Assembly (NCBI GenBank): GCA_002238645.1
Contig: MPMT01000007.1
Span: 7,502 to 71,501, forward strand
Reading direction: 5' to 3'
Length of the DNA: 64,000 nucleotides
DNA from: Alphaproteobacteria bacterium bin52
Lineage (GTDB): Bacteria; Pseudomonadota; Alphaproteobacteria; Thalassobaculales; Thalassobaculaceae
Shown here: one piece after another, positions 1 to 8,332 of the stretch
Layout: every line of letters begins with the position of its first letter
Position numbering within the stretch: position 1 is the stretch's first letter
Program-made: the position numbers and the translations under genes
Notes under the pieces: generated by a model
What the model saw: only the letters and a program-made list of their open reading frames with translations
Databases searched by the model: none
What the model was told of the DNA's origin: nothing

Positions 1-384
1 CTGAAGAAGGCCGTTGACTACGCCGGTGACCGATCGGTGTTCGGCCGCCCGATCGGCCAGAACCAGGGCATCCAGTTTCCGATCGCGAAGGCCTATGCGA
101 ATACCGAGGCTGCAGCGCTGATGGCGCAGCGCGCCGCCGAAATGTTCGAGGCGGGAGAGCCGTGCGGGGCGGAATCGAACATGGCCAAGATGCTGGCCGC
201 GGACGCGGCCTGGGAGGCCGGCGACGTGTGCGTCCAGACGTTCGGTGGGTTCGCCTTCGCCGAGGAATACGACGTGGAACGCAAGTACCGCGAGGCCCGA
301 CTCTACCGGGTTGCGCCGATCTCGACCAACCTGGTCCTGGCCTACCTCGCCGAGCATGTGCTGGGCCTGCCCAGGTCGTACTGA
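1..384 (+). CDS. Acyl-CoA dehydrogenase family protein, C-terminal fragment (5' end upstream of window)
   Basis: The frame is open from base 1 to TGA 382-384. The translation (...FGRPIGQNQGIQFPIAKAY...AKMLAADAAWEAGDVCVQTFGGFAFAEEYDVERKYREARLYRVAPISTN...) shows the C-terminal helical-domain pattern of ACAD enzymes. Confidence 0.8.
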   Translation: MKKAVDYAGDRSVFGRPIGQNQGIQFPIAKAYANTEAAALMAQRAAEMFEAGEPCGAESNMAKMLAADAAWEAGDVCVQTFGGFAFAEEYDVERKYREARLYRVAPISTNLVLAYLAEHVLGLPRSY

Positions 385-390
385 GGAGGT

Positions 391-1524
391 GTGATGCCGG
401 GACCGCTCGAGGGAGTACTTGTCGTCGCCCTGGAACAGGCGGTGGCGGCCCCGTACTGCACCAGCCGGCTTGCCGACGCCGGCGCCCGGGTGATCAAGGT
501 CGAACGGGCCGACGGGGATTTTGCTCGCGGATACGACCGCCAGGTCATGGGACAGTCGGCATACTTCGTGTGGCTCAACCGCGGAAAGGAAAGCCTGGTC
601 CTCGACATCAAGGACCCCGGGGACGCCTCCCTGCTCGAGCGCATCCTGTCGCGTGCCGATGTCTTCGTTCAGAACCTCGCGCCGGGCGCGGCCGGGCGGG
701 CGGGATTCGGGTCCGACGACCTGCGTCGGCGCTACCCCCGGCTCATCACCGTCGACATCTCCGGCTACGGCGAAAGCGGCCCCTATGCCTCGATGAAGGC
801 CTACGACTTCCTGGTGCAAGGAGAAAGCGGACTGATCTCGGTTACCGGTTCTCCTATGGAGATGGGCCGGGTCGGCGCCTCGGTCTGCGACATCGCTGCC
901 GGCATGTACTCCAAGATCGCCGTGCTCGAGGCGCTGATCGCGCGCTCGCGCACCGGCGAGGGCGCCTCCATCCGGACCTCGATGTTCGGCGGCATGGCGG
1001 AATGGCTGACCCCGTGGCTGCTGCATCACGCCTACGGCGAACTCGCCGAGCAGCGGATCGGCCTGCACCACCCGGCGATCGCGCCCTACGGCGCCTACGC
1101 CTGCGCCGGCGGGGCGCTGATCCTGATCGCGGTACAGAACGAGCGCGAGTGGCAGCGCCTGTGCGCCGAGGTGCTCGGCCGACCGGAGCTTGCAGATGAT
1201 GCCAGGGTGCATGACAACCCTGCCCGGCTCGCCAATCGCGCGTTCCTCGACGCCGAGATCAACACCGTCTTCTCCGGACTGTCCCGGGAGGCTGTCCGCG
1301 AGCGGCTGGAAGCGGCACGCATTGCCTATGGATCGGTGAATTCCATTGCCGATGTCCATGCCCACCCGGCACTTGAACGGATCCCGGTCGAGACACCGAG
1401 AGGGCCGGTCGAGGTCACCGCGCCGCCGGCGCGCCGCGCGGGCGAAAGGGAACCGGTCCTGCGCGTACCCGAACTCGGCGAGCACACCGGGTCAATCCGC
1501 GTCGAGTTTTCCCCGGCGGACTGA
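391..1524 (+). CDS. Family III CoA-transferase (CaiB/BaiF/Frc-like)
   Basis: 377-aa ORF starting 7 nt after the previous stop. Its N-terminus GVLVVALEQAVAAPYCTSRLADAGARVIKVERADGD is the characteristic opening of family III CoA-transferases. Confidence 0.85.
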   Translation: MMPGPLEGVLVVALEQAVAAPYCTSRLADAGARVIKVERADGDFARGYDRQVMGQSAYFVWLNRGKESLVLDIKDPGDASLLERILSRADVFVQNLAPGAAGRAGFGSDDLRRRYPRLITVDISGYGESGPYASMKAYDFLVQGESGLISVTGSPMEMGRVGASVCDIAAGMYSKIAVLEALIARSRTGEGASIRTSMFGGMAEWLTPWLLHHAYGELAEQRIGLHHPAIAPYGAYACAGGALILIAVQNEREWQRLCAEVLGRPELADDARVHDNPARLANRAFLDAEINTVFSGLSREAVRERLEAARIAYGSVNSIADVHAHPALERIPVETPRGPVEVTAPPARRAGEREPVLRVPELGEHTGSIRVEFSPAD

Positions 1525-1878
1525 CGGGGCACGCCTCCCTTCCGGCGCCCGGAACATGCCGGGTTCCCGGCGCGCGCATGACGGCGTTTCCGCTCGCGTT
1601 TTCCGGCCCGGCACACCGGGCGGGGATTGGCATTCGCACCCGCGCCCGCGGCGTTTCACCGATCCGCCGGCGATGATGACGGCCCGGGTGGAAGCGGTGA
1701 AATGTCGGGCGTTTCGGGTGGCCCAAAATTCCCTTTGTCACAGCGCGGATCTTCCCGTAGTGTTCCGCCGCCCGACGGTACGATTTGCAAGGATAATGAC
1801 ACGCGTACAGTCCGGGTCCGCCGGATGAACCAAGGGGGCACGGCGGAACAGTGTAACGATACGGGAGGACAACACGTC

Positions 1879-2949
1879 ATGACAAAACCGCTCGTGAAGA
1901 CGGTGGCGGCTGTTGCCGCGGCGGGTGCGCTTGCACTCGGTGCCGCAAGTGCTGCCCAGGCCCAGAAGGTCAACTGGAAGATGCAGTCGGCATTCGGATC
2001 CCAGATCGCCCACCTGGGTCCGGCAGGCCTGCGGATCGCCAATTTCGTGACCACCATGTCGAACAAGAAGTTCACGCTGAAGTTCTTCGAGCCCGGCGCG
2101 CTCATTCCGCCGTTCGAGTGCTTCGACGCGGTGTCCAAGGGTTCGGTCGAGTCCTGCTACACCACCCCCGGCTATCACACCGGCAAGTATCCGGGCCTCG
2201 CGTTCATGACCGCGGTGCCGTTCGGCCCGCAGTACGGCGAGTTCCTCGGCTGGCAGTGGTTCGGCGGTGGTCAGGAGATCGCCGACAAGATCTATGCCAA
2301 GCACAACCTGCGTTCGCTTGCGTGCGGATCGATCGGCGCCGAGACCTCCGGCTGGTTCAAGGAAGAGGTCAAGTCGCTTGACGACCTCAAGGGCATGAAG
2401 ATGCGTTTCTTCGGCCTGGGCGCGAAGGTCATGACCAAGATCGGCGTCTCGACCCAGCTGCTCGCCGGTGCCGACATCTATCCGGCGCTGGAGCGCGGCG
2501 TGATCGATGCGACCGAGTTCTCGATGCCGAACATGGACATCGACTACGGTTTCCACCAGATCGCCAAGAACAACTACTATCCTGGCTGGCACCAGCAGAT
2601 TTCCGTCGGCGAACTCCTGGTCAACCGGGAAAACCACGCCGGACTTCCCGAGCACTACCAGATGATGCTCGACGTGGGGTGCAAGGCCAACATGGTGATC
2701 GAGTATGCCGAGACCGAGGCCGAGAACCCGAAGGCCATGCAGGAAATGAAGTCCAAGCACGGTGTGACCAACCGGCGCTGGACCGACGATCAGCTGGCGG
2801 TGTTCGAGCGGGCCTGGCAGGAAGTGGTCGCCGAGGAATCCGCGAAGGACGCCACCTTCAAGGAATTTGCGGACAGCTACTTCGCATTCCGCGAGGTCTA
2901 CAAGATCTGGGGTGATGCCCAGGCCCTGAAGTCTTCCTACGTCGACTGA
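1879..2949 (+). CDS. TRAP transporter substrate-binding protein (DctP-type)
   Basis: I chose the internal ATG at 1879, preceded by GGGAGGA (1863-1869). It gives a signal peptide MTKPLVKTVAAVAAAGALALGAASAAQA. The mature part (KVNWKMQSAFG...KFFEPGALIPPFE...) looks like periplasmic TRAP solute receptors, and TRAP permease genes follow. Confidence 0.85.
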   Translation: MTKPLVKTVAAVAAAGALALGAASAAQAQKVNWKMQSAFGSQIAHLGPAGLRIANFVTTMSNKKFTLKFFEPGALIPPFECFDAVSKGSVESCYTTPGYHTGKYPGLAFMTAVPFGPQYGEFLGWQWFGGGQEIADKIYAKHNLRSLACGSIGAETSGWFKEEVKSLDDLKGMKMRFFGLGAKVMTKIGVSTQLLAGADIYPALERGVIDATEFSMPNMDIDYGFHQIAKNNYYPGWHQQISVGELLVNRENHAGLPEHYQMMLDVGCKANMVIEYAETEAENPKAMQEMKSKHGVTNRRWTDDQLAVFERAWQEVVAEESAKDATFKEFADSYFAFREVYKIWGDAQALKSSYVD

Positions 2950-3119
2950 TCGGCACTGAACTTCGGGTGAGTCCACCCGCGGTGAAACCGGGGCCTCGCG
3001 CCCCGGTTTTGCTGTCGAAACACCGCAGCCCGGTCGGCAACCGGACAGTGCGGCCGCCTGCGGGCCGCAACGCAGGGTGAGGCGCCCTGCACCGCGCCGA
3101 CGCGGTCAGACGCACGCAT

Positions 3120-4661
3120 GTGGAGAAACTCGCAATGATGGACCGCGTATCGGGCTGGACTTCGGAACGCAAGTCACTGGTCATCCTCGCCTCCTTCATC
3201 GGCTTCGTCGTGGCCGTGGGCATCGTGAGCGTCGGCATCGAATCCGGCACCGTGATGGCGGACTACGAGATCACCCGGTCGGCCGCGGTCCACGCCGTCG
3301 TGCGCGAGTACCTCTCGATCGCAATGTTCATGAGCCTCGCGATCCTGCTGTTCTCCGGCTACCCGGTCGCCTTCATCCTCGGCGGCCTGTCGATGCTGTT
3401 CGGACTTCTTGGCTACATGATGGGCTCGTTCCACCTGATCGAGTTCTTCAATTTCGTCCCTCGCATCTGGGGCATGGCGGCGGAAAACCTGGTCCTCGTT
3501 GCGGTTCCGGCCTTCGTGTTCATGGGGGTGATGCTGGAACGCAGCGGGATCGCGAACGACCTGCTCTACTGCGTCCAGGTGTTGCTGAAGCGCGTTCCGG
3601 GCGCACTCGCCCTCGCGGTCACGGTCATGGGAACAATCCTCGCGGCCATGACCGGCATCATCGGCGCCTCGGTGACCATGATGACCGCGCTTGCCCTGCC
3701 GACGATGATGCGCCAGGGCTACAGCCACGCGCTCTCGACAGGCGTGATCGCTGCATCTGGCACGCTCGGGATCCTGATCCCGCCCAGCATCATGCTGATC
3801 ATCATGGCCGACCTGATGGCAATCTCGGTCGGCAACGTGTTCATGGCCGCGATCCTGCCGGGACTGACCCTGTCCGCCTTCTACCTGGTGTTCGTGGCGA
3901 CACTCGCCGCGGTCCGGCCCGAAATCGCCCCGCCGCTGCCGCGGCACCTGCTCAACATCCCCCGCTCGGAGATGGCGCCCCTGGTCGCCCGCAGCTTCCT
4001 GCCGCCGGTGTTCCTGATCGGTCTGATCAAGGGCTCGATCCTGTTCGGCTGGGCCACGCCGTCCGAAGCCGGTGCGGTCGGCGCCTTCGGCGCGGCACTG
4101 CTTGCGGCCGCCAACCGTCGCCTGGACTTTGCGACCCTGGTCAATGTGTGCCAGACCTCGGCGCGAACCGTGTCGATGATCTTCTTCATTGTCGTCAGCG
4201 CCACCTGCTTCGCCTATGTCTACCGGTCCCTCGGCGGCGACGACGTGGTGGAGCACCTGATCATCGAGAAGGCCGGGCTCGGCCCGTGGGGCATGCTGAT
4301 CCTGGTAATGGTGATCGTGTTCTTCCTTGGCTTCTTCCTGGATTTCCTCGAGATCACCCTGATCGTCCTGCCGGTGTTCACGCCGCTGATCATCAACCTG
4401 GATTTCGGCGACCATGTCCCGACGAGCGAGATCAAGTACTGGTTCATCATCCTGCTGGCGGTCAACCTGCAGACGTCGTTCCTGACCCCGCCGTTCGGCT
4501 TCGCGCTGTTCTACATGAAGGGCATCGCGCCGCGGGAGATCAAGATTCAGTCGATCTACAAGGGCATTATCCCGTTTGTGATCCTGCAGGCGCTGGGCGT
4601 GGTGACGGTCATGGTTTGGCCCGACGTCGCGCTGTGGCTGATGCGATCGACCTATGGCTAG
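3120..4661 (+). CDS. TRAP transporter large permease (DctM-type), copy 1
   Basis: 513-aa polytopic membrane protein with DctM-like blocks (AVPAFVFMGVMLERSGIAN, GASVTMMTALALPTMM, LQTSFLTPPFGFALFYMKG). The exact start is uncertain. Confidence 0.85.
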   Translation: MEKLAMMDRVSGWTSERKSLVILASFIGFVVAVGIVSVGIESGTVMADYEITRSAAVHAVVREYLSIAMFMSLAILLFSGYPVAFILGGLSMLFGLLGYMMGSFHLIEFFNFVPRIWGMAAENLVLVAVPAFVFMGVMLERSGIANDLLYCVQVLLKRVPGALALAVTVMGTILAAMTGIIGASVTMMTALALPTMMRQGYSHALSTGVIAASGTLGILIPPSIMLIIMADLMAISVGNVFMAAILPGLTLSAFYLVFVATLAAVRPEIAPPLPRHLLNIPRSEMAPLVARSFLPPVFLIGLIKGSILFGWATPSEAGAVGAFGAALLAAANRRLDFATLVNVCQTSARTVSMIFFIVVSATCFAYVYRSLGGDDVVEHLIIEKAGLGPWGMLILVMVIVFFLGFFLDFLEITLIVLPVFTPLIINLDFGDHVPTSEIKYWFIILLAVNLQTSFLTPPFGFALFYMKGIAPREIKIQSIYKGIIPFVILQALGVVTVMVWPDVALWLMRSTYG

Positions 4662-4828
4662 GCCACCGGTCGTGGCGGGCGAGCGGGGCATTCCGGACCC
4701 GGAAGGGCACTTCACGGCCGTTCTTGTCGCGGGCCGTGTTGTGTCGGCCGGAAGTCTGGCGTAGATTTCGCACGATCGGGATCCGGGGGTGACCGTCGGC
4801 CCGACCAGGAACGGCTTGGGGAGAGGCA

Positions 4829-6361
4829 ATGGATCATTCAAGCGTGGGTGGCGGGCGCTCGGTCGAGGGCAAGATCGCCGTACTGCTGGGAACGCTGCTC
4901 GGGCTTGTCGTGCTGCTGGCAGGGTACGGCGCCTACAACTACTCGGGCTCGCTGATGGTCGAGGAGGAGATCTCGCGAGGCGAGGCCCTGACCTGGGTTG
5001 CCCAAGAGTACATTTCGATGGTCATGTTCGTGACCCTCGCGCTGCTGCTGTTCTCCGGCTATCCGGTCGCCTTCATCCTCGGTGGCCTGTCAATGCTGTT
5101 CGGGGTTCTGGGTTTTTTCCTTGAGACCTTCTCGCTGATCGAGTTCTTCAACTTCATCCCCCGTATCTGGGGCCAGGCGGCCGAGAACCTGGTGCTGGTC
5201 GCGGTTCCGGCGTTCGTGTTCATGGGCGTCATGATGGAGCGGAGCGGGATCGCCAACGACCTGCTGTACTGTGTCCAGGTACTTCTGAAACGGGTTCCCG
5301 GTGCGCTTGCACTTGCAGTGACAGTCATGGGCACGATCCTTGCGGCCATGACCGGGATCATCGGCGCGTCAGTCACCATGATGACCGCGCTCGCCCTGCC
5401 GACAATGATGCGCCAGGGCTACAGCCACGCGTTGTCGTGCGGCGTGATTGCGGCGTCGGGTACACTCGGGATCCTGATCCCGCCCAGCATCATGCTGATC
5501 ATCATGGCCGACCTGATGGCGATTTCGGTCGGCAATGTGTTCATGGCGGCGGTTGTCCCCGGTCTGACCCTCGCGGCCTTCTACCTGATCTTCGTCGCGA
5601 CAATATCAGCGGTCAAACCGAGCCTGGCACCACCGTTGCCCGCGAACCTTCTCAATGTCCCACGCAGCGAGATGGGACCGCTGATCGCACGCAGCTTCCT
5701 GCCGCCGGTGTTTCTGATCACGCTCATCAAGGGCTCGATCCTGCTCGGCTGGGCCACGCCGTCCGAGGCCGGTGCGGTCGGAGCCTTCGGTGCAACCCTG
5801 CTTGCGGCATTCAACAGGCGGCTGAGCAAGGAAACCCTGGTCGGGGTTTGTCACACCTCGGCGAAGACGGTCTCGATGATCTTCTTTATTGTCATCAGCG
5901 CCACCTGTTTCGCCTACGTCTACCGGTCGCTGGGCGGAGACGATGTCGTCGAACACCTCATCGTGGAGAAGGCAGGCCTGGACGCGTGGGGAATGCTGTT
6001 CCTGATCATGGCGATCGTGTTCTTCCTCGGGTTCTTCCTCGACTGGCTGGAGATCACCCTGATCGTGCTGCCGGTGTTCACGCCGCTCGTTGCCGGGCTG
6101 GACTTCGGCGGTCACCTGCCGCAGGAAGACATCAGGTTCTGGTTCATCATCCTGCTGGCTGTGAACCTGCAAACGTCATTCCTCACGCCCCCCTTCGGGT
6201 TTGCGCTGTTCTACATGAAGGGCATTGCGCCGCGTGAGATCAGGATCGAGTCAATCTACAAGGGCATCATCCCGTTCGTCTTCCTGCAGGCCCTGGGTGT
6301 CGTCACCATCCTGGCGTATCCGCAGGTCGCACTGTGGTTGATGCATGTCGTGCACGGGTAG
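4829..6361 (+). CDS. TRAP transporter large permease (DctM-type), copy 2 (tandem paralogue)
   Basis: 510-aa ORF that aligns by eye with copy 1 over nearly its full length, with long identical runs such as VPAFVFMGVM.ERSGIANDLLYCVQVLLKRVPGALALAVTVMGTILAAMTGIIGASVTMMTALALPTMMRQGYSHALS. Only the N-terminal ~60 aa differ strongly. Confidence 0.85.
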   Translation: MDHSSVGGGRSVEGKIAVLLGTLLGLVVLLAGYGAYNYSGSLMVEEEISRGEALTWVAQEYISMVMFVTLALLLFSGYPVAFILGGLSMLFGVLGFFLETFSLIEFFNFIPRIWGQAAENLVLVAVPAFVFMGVMMERSGIANDLLYCVQVLLKRVPGALALAVTVMGTILAAMTGIIGASVTMMTALALPTMMRQGYSHALSCGVIAASGTLGILIPPSIMLIIMADLMAISVGNVFMAAVVPGLTLAAFYLIFVATISAVKPSLAPPLPANLLNVPRSEMGPLIARSFLPPVFLITLIKGSILLGWATPSEAGAVGAFGATLLAAFNRRLSKETLVGVCHTSAKTVSMIFFIVISATCFAYVYRSLGGDDVVEHLIVEKAGLDAWGMLFLIMAIVFFLGFFLDWLEITLIVLPVFTPLVAGLDFGGHLPQEDIRFWFIILLAVNLQTSFLTPPFGFALFYMKGIAPREIRIESIYKGIIPFVFLQALGVVTILAYPQVALWLMHVVHG

Positions 6362-6376
6362 GGGAGGACGCAACTG

Positions 6377-7174
6377 ATGGCTGCCGAAGAAACGGTCCGG
6401 ATCGACACCGGTAACATTACGGGAGGCCGGCTGTTCAACAAGCCGACCGCCGATGCCCTGGTCGGGCTGTCGCTCACGCTCAGGGGATTCGTCGACTGGT
6501 GCGGACGGTACGCGTCACTGCTGTTCGTGCCGCTTATCCTCGTTACCGTGTACGATGTCTGCCTGCGCAAGACCGGCAAGTTCCAGATCGACCTGAAGTT
6601 CGCCGCCGAGGAGTGGGGACTGGGCCCGCTATTCGAGTCCACACTGCTGCAGGAAAGCCAATGGCACTTTCACACCGCACTGTTCGCTTTCGTACTCGGG
6701 TTCGGCTGCGTGTGGAATACCCAGGTCCGGGTTGACCTGGTGCGTGAACACCTTGCGTTCCGGCGCAAGGCATGGCTCGAACTGCTCGGTGCCACCTTCT
6801 TCATGCTGCCGTATACCGCGGTGGTGATCTACTTCGCGGCCTCGTTTTCCTACGACTCCTGGGCGATCAGCGAAATCTCCGCCTCCCAGGTCGGACTACC
6901 GCACCGATGGATCATCAAGACTGTGCTCACGCTCGGGTTCTGCGTCGCCTTCATCGCCGGGGTCGCTGTCTGGCTGCAAGCCCTGCTGGCACTGACCGCA
7001 CCTCGCGAGATGCGCTATGAGCTCATGACGCTCGAATGGCCGGAACTGACCGGTGCGACGATCGAGGGCAAGGAGCGGATAGAAGTCGATCTGAGCCTGT
7101 CGGTCGAGAAAGACATTGAACTCCAGACCAAGCAGGTTCTGGGTGAAGAAGTCGTGGAGAAACTTAAGACTTGA
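6377..7174 (+). CDS. TRAP transporter small permease (DctQ-type), unusually long
   Basis: 265-aa ORF starting 16 nt after DctM copy 2. It has DctQ-like hydrophobic segments (SLLFVPLILVTVYDVCLRK; SQWHFHTALFAFVLGFGCVWNTQVRVDLV) followed by a hydrophilic C-terminal tail. Confidence 0.75.
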   Translation: MAAEETVRIDTGNITGGRLFNKPTADALVGLSLTLRGFVDWCGRYASLLFVPLILVTVYDVCLRKTGKFQIDLKFAAEEWGLGPLFESTLLQESQWHFHTALFAFVLGFGCVWNTQVRVDLVREHLAFRRKAWLELLGATFFMLPYTAVVIYFAASFSYDSWAISEISASQVGLPHRWIIKTVLTLGFCVAFIAGVAVWLQALLALTAPREMRYELMTLEWPELTGATIEGKERIEVDLSLSVEKDIELQTKQVLGEEVVEKLKT

Positions 7175-7273
7175 TGCGGAAGCCCGCGGAAACGCGACCT
7201 TTTGTCCCTGCGGGCGCCCGACAAGTAACGGGCGCCCGTTTTTCTTGAAGTCACAGGAGCGCGTGTAAGCGAC

Positions 7274-7753
7274 ATGTGGAAGTGGCAGGATTTCCTGAAG
7301 CGCTACGTGTGGGACGAGGACACCACTCCGTACTTCACCGCAGTCGCGAAGCTCAGCCGCGGTCAGGCCGACAACGAACTGTTCTTCTTCGCCATCATGA
7401 CGTCGGTCCTGTTCGGGGTCGGGACGTTTGCCTCCATCTCCGGCCATGCGCCCTTCGGGGTTTCAAAGCTCGCGGCCATCTACTGTTTTACCGTCGTCTC
7501 CGCCGCGGTACTGGTCGGAACGGTCAAGATGGTCTACGCCGCCCTGTGGGTCGCCAGCGCACCGGTCATCGTATTCCTGGCAGTGCTGGGATTCGGGTTT
7601 CCGGACAACATGGCTCTGATCGACGAACTGGTCCTGCTGGTCCTCCTCCTGCTGCTGACCCGCTACATGTGGCGGGTGATCCAGATCTGCCGGATCTACC
7701 GGGTGCTGCCGCACCGCGAACCGCAGAACCGGTCGCGGCGCCGTCTGTTCTGA
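7274..7753 (+). CDS. Hypothetical membrane protein
   Basis: 159-aa ORF with about four hydrophobic segments. Composition looks coding, but I recognise no family. Confidence 0.5.
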   Translation: MWKWQDFLKRYVWDEDTTPYFTAVAKLSRGQADNELFFFAIMTSVLFGVGTFASISGHAPFGVSKLAAIYCFTVVSAAVLVGTVKMVYAALWVASAPVIVFLAVLGFGFPDNMALIDELVLLVLLLLLTRYMWRVIQICRIYRVLPHREPQNRSRRRLF

Positions 7754-7755
7754 TC

Positions 7756-8133
7756 GTGCAGACGCTGGCCCGACTGAACCAGGTACTGCTGGCCAGCTAT
7801 GGCTGGCACCAGCCGCTGTTCCTGACCGGCCTGGCCGCGCTTGGGGCCCTTGACCTTGCCTTCCTCGACGGCTGGGGGACCTTCTGGGTCATGCTGTCGT
7901 GGGGCATGGTCTTCGGTATTCACTTCATGGTGTTCCGCGCCCAGACGGTGGACGAGCGCTGGGTCCAGGAACGGACGATCTTCGACGTGCAGCGCCCCTG
8001 GGACACCGGCCACATCCAGGAGATCAAGAAGAGCCCGTTCGGCAGGTCGATCTATCGCACCGAACTCGGCCGGGTCGACGAACACGGCCGGCCGGTTTCC
8101 CGCCGTGAGGACACTCCGGCCGAACGGACCTGA
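7756..8133 (+). CDS. Hypothetical small membrane protein (2TM-like)
   Basis: GTG at 7756 lies 3 nt after the previous stop. The earlier part of ORF 7276-8133 is an out-of-frame overlap with the upstream gene. The product has two hydrophobic helices (LFLTGLAALGALDLAF, FWVMLSWGMVFGIHFMVF) and a charged tail. Confidence 0.45.
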   Translation: MQTLARLNQVLLASYGWHQPLFLTGLAALGALDLAFLDGWGTFWVMLSWGMVFGIHFMVFRAQTVDERWVQERTIFDVQRPWDTGHIQEIKKSPFGRSIYRTELGRVDEHGRPVSRREDTPAERT

Positions 8134-8332
8134 CGACGCCGTATCTGCCCGGCGGGGTCCCTCCCCGGCCAACGGAGCCGGCTGCCCGCCGGATCCGTCC
8201 CGTCGGACGGTACTGCCTGTCAGCCTGCACCGTGGTGAACCGGCCGGTGCCGCCCCATGATTCGCTTTTGCGAACCGCGGGACTGACGTACCCTTGTGGT
8301 CAGGTGGGCGGCATCGCTGGAGGTACGGGGCC

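Noticed and set aside
1738-2976. 412-aa minus-strand ORF covering the TRAP binding-protein gene
   Set aside because: It is antisense to a gene with clear family features. Its product is Arg/Gly/His-rich and low-complexity, the typical shadow ORF of high-GC DNA.
3174-4841. 555-aa minus-strand ORF, and the overlapping 571-aa plus-strand ORF 3077-4792
   Set aside because: Both overlap DctM copy 1 out of frame. Their products are highly charged Asp/His/Arg/Gly repeats with no membrane or enzyme pattern. The DctM frame explains the region.
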